This document shows positions 31,058 through 38,555 of a stretch of 64,000 bases of DNA, in pieces; positions within the stretch are counted from its first letter, which is position 1, and each line of letters opens with the position of its first letter. A model generated the notes under the pieces. It was not told the origin of the DNA, made no database searches, and was given only the letters and a program-made list of their open reading frames with translations. The position numbers and the translations under genes are program-made. The stretch comes from an uncultured bacterium (GTDB lineage Bacteria > Omnitrophota > Omnitrophia > Omnitrophales > JACQLI01), in the NCBI GenBank assembly GCA_964372875.1, contig CAYJTB010000001.1, forward strand, positions 27,860 to 91,859, given 5' to 3'.

Positions 31058-32475
31058 TGTCTGATTTCAGACTCACTTTAAAAGAAGCGATCGGTTTCTC
31101 TCAAAAAAACGGGGCGGAGCCGCTTATCCAAGGTCTTTCTAAGCGGGTCCAAGACGTAGATGGAAAAATAAATGCCTATATCCGTTTTGACCCGTCAAAA
31201 ATCGAGCGGGCCAAAAATCAGGGGCTGCTCCACGGCGTTCCTATTTCTATCAAAGACAATATTTGTACGCGTGGGTGGGAGACAACATGCGCGTCAAAAA
31301 TTTTGTACGGATATACCCCTCCTTATGACGCGGCGGTGATCGAAAAATTGCGGGCTGCGGGCGCCACAATTTTTGGTAAATGCAACATGGATGAATTTGC
31401 TTTTGGCTCCTCCAATGAAACCTCGACTTTCGGTCCCGTCCACAATCCTTGGGATTTGGAAAGGGTGCCGGGCGGTTCAAGCGGCGGATCGGCGGCAAGC
31501 GTTGCGGCGGATGAGGCCTTTGCAGCGCTTGGATCTGACACCGGCGGATCGATCAGGCTTCCTGCCGCATTCTGCGGAGTTGTAGGATTCAAACCCACGT
31601 ATGGAAGAGTCTCGCGTTACGGCCTCGTCGCCTTTGGTTCAAGCTTTGACCAGATCGGTCCCATTACAAAAACCGTTGAAGACTCGGCTATCTTAATGAA
31701 TATTTTGGCGGGTTACGATGAACGCGATTCAACCTCTGCAAATATTCCGGTTCCTGATTACATCCAAGCATTAAAGCGGGGAGTTAAAGACCTAAAGATC
31801 GGAATGCCTAAAGAATTTTTTGTCAAAGGTATGGACCCGGAGATTGAAAAGGCAGTGCGCAAAGCGGGGAAAGTTTATGAAAAGATGGGTGCAACGATCA
31901 AAGAAGTAAGTCTGCCGCACACGGAGCATTCGGTCGCTGCCTATTACATTGTAGCCGTAGCTGAGGCAAGTTCCAATCTCGGCCGTTATGACGGCGTCGA
32001 ATATGGACTCCGGGCAAGTGAGAATAATTTGCGTGATATGTATTTTGAGACGCGCGATCAAGGGTTTGGCCAGGAATCGAAGCGGCGAATTCTTTTGGGC
32101 ACGTTTGTACTCTCAGCCGGTTATTACGATGCATATTATAGGAAAGGCCAAAAGGTAAGGACTTTGATCCGGCAAGATTATGAGAAGGCGTTTAAAGAAA
32201 TCGACGTTCTCTTGACTCCTGTTTCGCCGTCGCCTCCTTTTAAACTAGGCGAAAAATTAACCGATCCGCTTACGATGTATCTTTCAGATATTTTTACGAT
32301 CTCTGTGAATCTGGCAGGAGTCCCGGCCATCGTCCTTCCGTGCGGTTTCACAAAATCCAATCTTCCGATTGGAATGCAGCTTATCGCGCCGGCTTTTGCC
32401 GAAGAGACTCTCTTTCAAGCTGCATCTGGCTACGAACAGGAAACCCAATGGTTCAAACGCAAACCGAAAATTTAA
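31057..32475 (+). CDS. gatA: Asp/Glu-tRNA amidotransferase subunit A
   Basis: Amidase signature GGSSGGSAASVAA...GSDTGGSIRLPAAFCG; TAATG overlap with gatC. Confidence 0.95.
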   Translation: MSDFRLTLKEAIGFSQKNGAEPLIQGLSKRVQDVDGKINAYIRFDPSKIERAKNQGLLHGVPISIKDNICTRGWETTCASKILYGYTPPYDAAVIEKLRAAGATIFGKCNMDEFAFGSSNETSTFGPVHNPWDLERVPGGSSGGSAASVAADEAFAALGSDTGGSIRLPAAFCGVVGFKPTYGRVSRYGLVAFGSSFDQIGPITKTVEDSAILMNILAGYDERDSTSANIPVPDYIQALKRGVKDLKIGMPKEFFVKGMDPEIEKAVRKAGKVYEKMGATIKEVSLPHTEHSVAAYYIVAVAEASSNLGRYDGVEYGLRASENNLRDMYFETRDQGFGQESKRRILLGTFVLSAGYYDAYYRKGQKVRTLIRQDYEKAFKEIDVLLTPVSPSPPFKLGEKLTDPLTMYLSDIFTISVNLAGVPAIVLPCGFTKSNLPIGMQLIAPAFAEETLFQAASGYEQETQWFKRKPKI

Positions 32476-32487
32476 TGCCAAAGAGCA

Positions 32488-32574
32488 GAATCTCCGCCCC
32501 ACAAGGGGGCTGTCCCGATCCTTCAAAAGAAACATTAATGAAGGGGACCGCCTGCGTCGGACGTTCGGCCGGCG
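32488..32574 (-). repeat. structured intergenic repeat, copy R3 (inverted)
   Basis: CCGCCCCACAAGGGGGCTGTCCCGATCCTTCAAAAGAAACATTAATGAAGGGGAC is the reverse complement of the R2 core. Confidence 0.8.
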
Positions 32575-32670
32575 CATGAACGGGTGAGGAAATCAAAAGG
32601 TGATCATTCCAAATGAACGTGAACAGATAAGGAAACAGTAATAATCTGGGAAGATGCACACAGGTATGAA

Positions 32671-32847
32671 GATCGAAACGGACAAGGTGCCGGCCTCACT
32701 CGACGGGCCTTCGGAAAAATCTATTCCGGATTTTTCCGAGACGGCCCAACGCCGCCCCACAAGGGGGCTGTCCCGATCCTTGAAAAGAAACAATATAGAA
32801 GGGGACTGTCTCGCAGGGACGTTGCGAGTGGCGACGAGACTTGTGCC
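32671..32847 (-). repeat. structured intergenic repeat, copy R4 (inverted, full-length ~177 bp)
   Basis: Its reverse complement joins the R1 left half to the R2 right half, which defines the full unit. Confidence 0.8.
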
Positions 32848-32865
32848 TGCAGCGGATGGAAATTA

Positions 32866-34287
32866 ATGGAAACAGTCATTGGATTAGAAGTTCACGTTCA
32901 GCTGAAAACGAAATCGAAATTATTCTGCGGATGCCCCAACGCATTTGGCGCGGAGCCCAACCGCAATACATGTCCTGTCTGTATGGGTCTGCCGGGCTCG
33001 CTGCCGGTACTGAATCGGGAAGCCTTGCGCTTTGCGGTTAAGATCGGTCTGGCGCTTAATTGCCAAGTGGCGGACCGCCTCAAATTCGACCGGAAAAATT
33101 ATTTTTACCCTGACCTACCCAAGGCTTATCAAATTTCTCAATTCGATATGCCGGTCAATTCCACGGGCTTTCTTATGGTGGAAACTTCCAAAGATCTTAA
33201 GAAAATAGAAATCACACGCGCGCATTTGGAAGAAGATGCCGGAAAACTTTTGCACGAAGGAATCAAAGACGGAAGCCTTGTTGATTACAACCGCGCCGGT
33301 GTTCCCTTGCTCGAGATTGTTTCTGAGCCCGACCTTCGTTCGCCCGAAGATGCTTATGATTACCTCGCCACTCTCAAAGCTATCCTCCAATATCTGGAAG
33401 TAAGTGATTGCGATATGGAAAAGGGGAGTCTACGCTGCGACGCCAATATTTCCGTAAGAAAAGAAGGCGACCCGAAGCTTGGAACGAAAGTTGAAATTAA
33501 AAATATGAATTCCTTCCGCGCGGTTCAAAAAGCCGCTGAATATGAAATCAGCCGCCAAATCAAAGTGTTGGAAGAGGGCGGAAAGCTCGTGCAGGAGACG
33601 CGGCTTTGGAATGAGGCCAAAGGCCAAACCTTTTCCATGCGTTCCAAGGAATTTGCTCACGATTATCGATATTTTCCTGAGCCCGATCTTGTGCCCTTCA
33701 CGATTTCCCGCAGCGAAGTTGAAGAGGCACAAAAAACCATGCCCGAACTGCCGGTCGACCGGGCAAAACGGCTCATGCAGGAATATCAGCTCACAGAAAA
33801 AGATGCATTGAGGCTCGTGCAAGATAAAAAATTGGTGGAATATTATGAGACTTGTCTTAAAACAAAGGCCAATCCCAAACTTGTGAGTAACTGGATTTTA
33901 AGTGAACTCCTGGGTCACCTAAATCAAAAAGCTCTGGGGATTGAGGCTTCTCCAGTTTCACCCGCAGCCCTCGCCGGACTTGTGCAACTCATTGAGAACA
34001 ACACCATCAGCGGTAAGATTGCCAAAGATGTGCTTCCTGAAATGATTGAAACAGGGAAATCCGCAGAAGTGATCGTCAAAGAAAAAGGTCTCGTGCAAGT
34101 GACCGATGTGAAATTTTTGGAAGAAGCAGTCCAGCGTATTATCCAAGCCAATCCCAAATCTGTGGAGGATTACCGGTCCGGAAAAAAACAAGCCTTGGGT
34201 TTTTTGGTGGGCCAGATTATGAAAGAGACTCAAGGCAAGGCCAATCCTAAGATGGTCAATGAAATCCTGGAAAGGAAACTGTCGTGA
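32866..34287 (+). CDS. gatB: Asp/Glu-tRNA amidotransferase subunit B
   Basis: METVIGLEVHVQL.TKSKLFCGC...CPVCMGLPG.LPVLN, YFYPDLPK.YQISQ: GatB signature. Confidence 0.95.
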   Translation: METVIGLEVHVQLKTKSKLFCGCPNAFGAEPNRNTCPVCMGLPGSLPVLNREALRFAVKIGLALNCQVADRLKFDRKNYFYPDLPKAYQISQFDMPVNSTGFLMVETSKDLKKIEITRAHLEEDAGKLLHEGIKDGSLVDYNRAGVPLLEIVSEPDLRSPEDAYDYLATLKAILQYLEVSDCDMEKGSLRCDANISVRKEGDPKLGTKVEIKNMNSFRAVQKAAEYEISRQIKVLEEGGKLVQETRLWNEAKGQTFSMRSKEFAHDYRYFPEPDLVPFTISRSEVEEAQKTMPELPVDRAKRLMQEYQLTEKDALRLVQDKKLVEYYETCLKTKANPKLVSNWILSELLGHLNQKALGIEASPVSPAALAGLVQLIENNTISGKIAKDVLPEMIETGKSAEVIVKEKGLVQVTDVKFLEEAVQRIIQANPKSVEDYRSGKKQALGFLVGQIMKETQGKANPKMVNEILERKLS

Positions 34288-34297
34288 CGGGATCATT

Positions 34298-35362
34298 ATG
34301 TTAACCCTCGGCATCGAGACCTCCTGCGATGAAACCTCCTGCGCGGTTTTAAAAAATGGCGATGAGATTCTTTCCAATATTGTTTCCTCGAGCCTTGCCC
34401 AACACACACCCTTTGGGGGAGTCGTTCCCGAGATTGCGTCGCGTCACTGTCTGGAACAAATTGATTTAGTTTTTGAAACCGCGCTCGAAAAGGCCGGCGT
34501 TTCAAAAAAAGATTTGGATTTAGTCGCGGTAACCCAAGGCCCCGGGCTGGTGGGTTCGCTTCTGGTCGGACTTTCTTTTGCCAAGGCGTTGGCCTATCAG
34601 CTTAAAATCCCTTTGATTGGGGTCAATCATTTAGAAGGACATCTTGCAGCGAATTTTATTGGAAAGCCGCTTCCGAAATCTTTCATTGGTTTGATTGTCT
34701 CGGGCGGCCACACAGAACTTACTTATCACCGGAACGGCGCCATAAAAATTCTTGGATCTACGGTGGACGACGCTGTGGGTGAGGCGTATGACAAGTCAGC
34801 GAAACTTCTCGGCCTGGGTTATCCCGGCGGTCCGGTCATGGATAAGTTGGCGCAAAAGGGAAATCCCAAGGCCTTCCGGTTCACGCGGCCCAAGCAAAAA
34901 GGACGATTTGATTTTAGTTTCAGCGGAATTAAAACAGCGGTATCTGTCATTGTGAGGGCGCAAAGCGCCCGAAGCAATCTGACGCCAGTGGCGTCAGGGC
35001 TTCGTCCCGCCCCCGTTGGGGGCAGTCCTCGCAATGACCATCAGTTTGTCAACGATCTCTGCGCCAGTTTTCAGGAGACGGTAGTGCGCTGGCTTGTGGA
35101 AAAAACCATCGCCGCCTGCAGGAATAAAAAAGTAAGCGATGTGGTTGTGGGCGGGGGAGTAAGCGCCAATACAAGACTCCGTGAACTTCTTCCCCAAGAA
35201 GCCAAGCTTTATCATATCAATGTTTGGTTTCCTCCGTTTTCGCTGACCATTGATAATGCGGCAATGATCGCAAGGCGAGGCTTTGAACTTTACCAGAAAG
35301 GAAAACGAACGGATTTCAAAATTTCAGCCCGTCCCAGTTTTCCCATAGGAGAGGCAAAATGA
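34298..35362 (+). CDS. tsaD: tRNA N6-adenosine threonylcarbamoyltransferase, carrying an in-frame repeat insertion
   Basis: MLTLGIETSCDETS, GVNHLEGHL, FSFSGIKTA, GGVSAN: TsaD/Kae1 motifs; ATG 34298 preferred to the track start 34259. Confidence 0.92.
   Translation: MLTLGIETSCDETSCAVLKNGDEILSNIVSSSLAQHTPFGGVVPEIASRHCLEQIDLVFETALEKAGVSKKDLDLVAVTQGPGLVGSLLVGLSFAKALAYQLKIPLIGVNHLEGHLAANFIGKPLPKSFIGLIVSGGHTELTYHRNGAIKILGSTVDDAVGEAYDKSAKLLGLGYPGGPVMDKLAQKGNPKAFRFTRPKQKGRFDFSFSGIKTAVSVIVRAQSARSNLTPVASGLRPAPVGGSPRNDHQFVNDLCASFQETVVRWLVEKTIAACRNKKVSDVVVGGGVSANTRLRELLPQEAKLYHINVWFPPFSLTIDNAAMIARRGFELYQKGKRTDFKISARPSFPIGEAK
34946..35038. mobile_element. MITE-like element in-frame in tsaD (93 bp, 31 codons)
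   Basis: GTCATTGTGAGG...GAAGCAATC...CCTCGCAATGAC with hairpins GGGCGC/GCGCCC, TGACGCC/GGCGTCA, GCCCCC/GGGGGC; translated VIVRAQSARSNLTPVASGLRPAPVGGSPRND between FSFSGIKTA and the ..LCASFQE helix. Confidence 0.7.
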
Positions 35363-35808
35363 ATTGGTTCAGTTCCCAAGACACCCTTATGATCACAAGA
35401 CTTTTTCTTGCGACATTTCTTGCGAGCTTTATTGGGATCGAGCGGGAAATCCACGGTAAAGTAGCCGGATTTAGAACACATGCCCTAGTATCGCTGGGCT
35501 CCGCCCTCATCATGCTTGTTTCCATTGATCTTTCGGAGGCGTATCGTGGAGTGGTGGATGTGGACCCTTCAAGGATTGCGGCACAAGTCGTAAGTGGTAT
35601 CGGATTTTTGGGAGCAGGCGCTATTATCCGGTTTCGAACGGGGATCACCGGGCTCACGACAGCGGCCAGTCTGTGGGTCGCGGCCGGGGTGGGTCTTGCC
35701 TGCGGCGCCGGATTTTTCAAACCGGCTTTCGTTGCCACACTCTTCGCCCTTTTGGTTTTAGCCCTTTTTGGGACCTTAGGCAGGTGGCTTGGTTGGAAAG
35801 ACGTATGA
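35359..35808 (+). CDS. MgtC/SapB family membrane protein
   Basis: LATFLASFIGIEREIHGK.AGFRTHALVSLGSAL...AQVVSGIGFLGAGAI: MgtC N-terminal domain signature. Confidence 0.85.
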   Translation: MNWFSSQDTLMITRLFLATFLASFIGIEREIHGKVAGFRTHALVSLGSALIMLVSIDLSEAYRGVVDVDPSRIAAQVVSGIGFLGAGAIIRFRTGITGLTTAASLWVAAGVGLACGAGFFKPAFVATLFALLVLALFGTLGRWLGWKDV

Positions 35809-36692
35809 CACTCACACAAGAAACTATCGGAAAAATTTTAAAAGAGGTCGAATCGCGCAAAATTTCCAGCCAGAAGGCGTTTGGGAAATTACAAAATCTC
35901 GCTTACGAAACTTTTTCATTCGCCAGGATGGATCATCACCGTACTCTGCGCAAAGGTTTTCCGGAGGCGATCTACACACCCGGTAAAACGATTCCTCAAC
36001 TGGAAAAAATTTTCCGTTCGATCCAAAAATCAGGACAAAAGCTGATCGCGACGCGCTTGGAGGAGAGTGTTTATAAAACACTCAGGAAAAAATTCCCCGG
36101 TCTTCGCTATTCAAAGGAAGCAAGGATTGGGTATTTCTCATCCGTCATTGCGAGAAGCACCAACGGTGCGACGAAGCAATCCCGACCAGAGATTGCTTCG
36201 TCCCTTCCTACGGAAGGGACGGTTAAAGGAATCCTCTTTAGCCCTGACGCCAGTGGCAACAGGACTTCGGCTTTGTCTGGAACGCCGCCTCGCAATGACA
36301 GAGAGAAATCCATTGCGATTCTCACCGCTGGCACGAGCGATCTTCCGGTTGCGGAAGAGGCGGCCATTACGCTTGAATTAATAGGAAAGAAAGTTGTCCG
36401 GATTTATGACTGCGGTGTCGCGGGCCTGCACCGGCTTTTGGATCAAGTCTCAACATTACAAGAAGTCAAAGCCGTGATCTGCGTTGCGGGAATGGAAGGC
36501 GCACTTCCGAGTGTGGTCGCTGGCTTGATCAGTAAACCTATCATTGCAGTTCCGACCAGTGTGGGTTACGGCGCAAGCTTCAAAGGTCTTGCGGCGCTTC
36601 TTACCATGCTCAATTCCTGCGCTCAAGGTGTAGCCTGCGTCAATATTGATAACGGATTCGGCGCCGCCTGCTTTGCCGCGTCTATTGCCTAA
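35805..36692 (+). CDS. larB: LarB-like protein (PurE/AIR-carboxylase fold; pyridinium-3,5-biscarboxylic acid mononucleotide synthase family), carrying an in-frame repeat insertion
   Basis: N-terminal domain ..ARMDHHRTLRKGFPEAIY.PGKT; C-terminal IAILTAGTSDLPVAEEAA...CVAGMEGALPSVVAGL...IAVPTSVGYG; ATGA overlap with the MgtC stop sets the start at 35805. Confidence 0.75.
   Translation: MTLTQETIGKILKEVESRKISSQKAFGKLQNLAYETFSFARMDHHRTLRKGFPEAIYTPGKTIPQLEKIFRSIQKSGQKLIATRLEESVYKTLRKKFPGLRYSKEARIGYFSSVIARSTNGATKQSRPEIASSLPTEGTVKGILFSPDASGNRTSALSGTPPRNDREKSIAILTAGTSDLPVAEEAAITLELIGKKVVRIYDCGVAGLHRLLDQVSTLQEVKAVICVAGMEGALPSVVAGLISKPIIAVPTSVGYGASFKGLAALLTMLNSCAQGVACVNIDNGFGAACFAASIA
36144..36299. mobile_element. 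MITE-like element(s) in-frame in larB (156 bp, 52 codons; possibly two fused units)
   Basis: GTCATTGCGAGA...CGAAGCAATC ccgaccaga GATTGCTTCG, TCCCTTCC/GGAAGGGA ... CCTCGCAATGAC; lies in the linker between the two LarB domains. Confidence 0.7.
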
Positions 36693-36701
36693 TTCCACTT
36701 G

Positions 36702-37649
36702 ATGAGAATCGCAGTTTTTCACTGTCCAGCCGGCGCGACAGGCGAAGGAATCCTCCAGGCTTTTTTCGATGCAAGTCTTCCTGTCTCCTTCCTCAAAAAA
36801 GAACTCAAAAAAAATAAAATCGACAAAAAAATCCAGGCCCTTGTCCGCCAGGTTTCGCGCCAATTAGGGGAAGCGGGAATCGGGGGTAAACAGGCTTTGG
36901 GTTCTCTGATTTCAATAGCTGCCGTCGCAAACGCCCTTCGTTATTTCAAAATTGAGAAGTGTTTTCTAAGAAACCTCGCAATTGGAAAGAAAGGAAATCC
37001 CAACACACTCAAACTCCTTCGGGGTTTTCTTACCCACCGCCTAAACATAAATAAAGAATTGGTGACACCCTCAGGTGCCTCGGTCCTTGCAGCCTTCTGT
37101 GAAAAAGAAGATGCAATTCCCTCAATGAGGCTGGAGGCTTTAGGTGAAGGCCCGGACGGACTACGAATCAGTATGGGAGAGACGGTCAAGCCGTACCGGC
37201 GGGAACGGATTTTACTTGTTGAGACTAATATTGATGATATGAATCCGCAAGGCTTCGAACTTCTTTACGCCCGGCTTTTCGAAGCGGGTGCTTTAGACGT
37301 TTGGGTCCAGACGATTTTAATGAAGAAGATGCGGCCCGCCTTCAAACTCTCGGTTCTTTGTGAGCATACAAAACAGGGGGAAATTGCCGAAGTTATCTTT
37401 AAAGAAACCACCTCACTGGGCGTGCGATTTCTTGAACTGGACCGCTTCAGCCTGGAGCGTAAGATCGTCCCGGTCAAAACGAAATGGGGAAAGGTGCGAG
37501 TTAAAATTGCAGAACTGGAAGGCCGAAAGATGATGAGTCCTGAATATGATGATTTGAAACGGATTTCTCAAAAGACAAAACTTCCTTTTCGTGAAGTCTA
37601 TGCTAAGGTAAAAAACCAGATATGCTCGTCACCTTTATCCAAAATTTAA
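36702..37649 (+). CDS. larC: LarC-like (DUF111) nickel-insertion protein, short form
   Basis: C-terminal DUF111 pattern: LLVETNIDDMNPQ..E.L...L...GALDVW.....MKK.RPA.KLSVLC......I...IF.ETTSLGVR; divergent N-terminus. Confidence 0.65.
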   Translation: MRIAVFHCPAGATGEGILQAFFDASLPVSFLKKELKKNKIDKKIQALVRQVSRQLGEAGIGGKQALGSLISIAAVANALRYFKIEKCFLRNLAIGKKGNPNTLKLLRGFLTHRLNINKELVTPSGASVLAAFCEKEDAIPSMRLEALGEGPDGLRISMGETVKPYRRERILLVETNIDDMNPQGFELLYARLFEAGALDVWVQTILMKKMRPAFKLSVLCEHTKQGEIAEVIFKETTSLGVRFLELDRFSLERKIVPVKTKWGKVRVKIAELEGRKMMSPEYDDLKRISQKTKLPFREVYAKVKNQICSSPLSKI

Positions 37650-38368
37650 TCGCGCTTTTAAGCGCAGGGCTTGGCGCACTGCTCGCCATTAGCTTTGGCG
37701 TGTCCCACCGGAATTTGTGTGCCCTTATCAGTTTCGCAGCCGGAACCCTTTTTGCTACGACTCTTTTTCATATTATTCCCGAGGCTGCTTCATCTCTTCC
37801 GATGCTTGCCATCCTTATTGCATTAGGATCGGGGTATGGGTTTTTTTATTTTTTGAGCCGCTTTGTCTTTCACGTGTGCCCCGCCTGCGCGGCGTCACAT
37901 TTTGATGAACAGACAGCCACTAAATTTCGCAGCATTGCACTTCTTTTGGCAACTGCATTGGGGATTCATTGTGTCTTCGATGGGGTAGCCATTGCGTTGG
38001 GAGAGGAGTTAGCGAACAAGGCTAATTGGTCTATCTTTCTTACGATCACCATCCATAAATTTCCGGAGGGCCTTGCCCTCACAGCCCTTTTAATGAAGTC
38101 GGGATTTAACCGCGCAAGGTCGCTTTTTGTTACCTTTGTCCTTGAAACTTTGACCTTGCTGGGGTGGGTTTTAGGCACGTTTTTAATGCAAGATCTATCC
38201 TTAGGAAGCTGGTTTTACTTGATCCTTTTGCACATCGGAGGGGGATTTATCTACCTGGCCCTTCACGCCCTCATTAATGAAAGCAAAGAGCATTCGCCTA
38301 GCTACATCCTCTTCTTTTTCCTGCTTGGGGTTGGCCTTATCGGCCTGACCAATTTCATACCCTCCTAA
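37622..38368 (+). CDS. ZIP-family divalent-metal transporter
   Basis: 8-TM profile, HKFPEGLA motif, HxxPE (FHIIPEA). Confidence 0.8.
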   Translation: MLVTFIQNLIALLSAGLGALLAISFGVSHRNLCALISFAAGTLFATTLFHIIPEAASSLPMLAILIALGSGYGFFYFLSRFVFHVCPACAASHFDEQTATKFRSIALLLATALGIHCVFDGVAIALGEELANKANWSIFLTITIHKFPEGLALTALLMKSGFNRARSLFVTFVLETLTLLGWVLGTFLMQDLSLGSWFYLILLHIGGGFIYLALHALINESKEHSPSYILFFFLLGVGLIGLTNFIPS

Positions 38369-38555
38369 ACCGCCCAAAAGTAAGCTCAAAAAAACCTTTC
38401 GTTTTAGACTCTTTTTAAAGCTGCTATCTAATGCTAAGGATCGTTCAGTCCTGGCATAATAGGCTAGCCAACATTCCTTTGTATTCCGTAATTACTAAAT
38501 GTATAGTTAAAGTGATTATTAAGAATTTAATTAGTTAAATGAAAACGAGGAAGAC

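Noticed and set aside
30329-32847. Possible CRISPR array, because a ~36-nt core (GTTTCTTTTCAAGGATCGGGACAGCCCCCTTGTGGGGC) recurs four times
   Set aside because: The copies are in both orientations, irregularly spaced (about 190 nt to 2 kb), embedded in longer conserved flanks and separated by gatCA. No cas genes are nearby. It is better described as a structured MITE/REP-like repeat.
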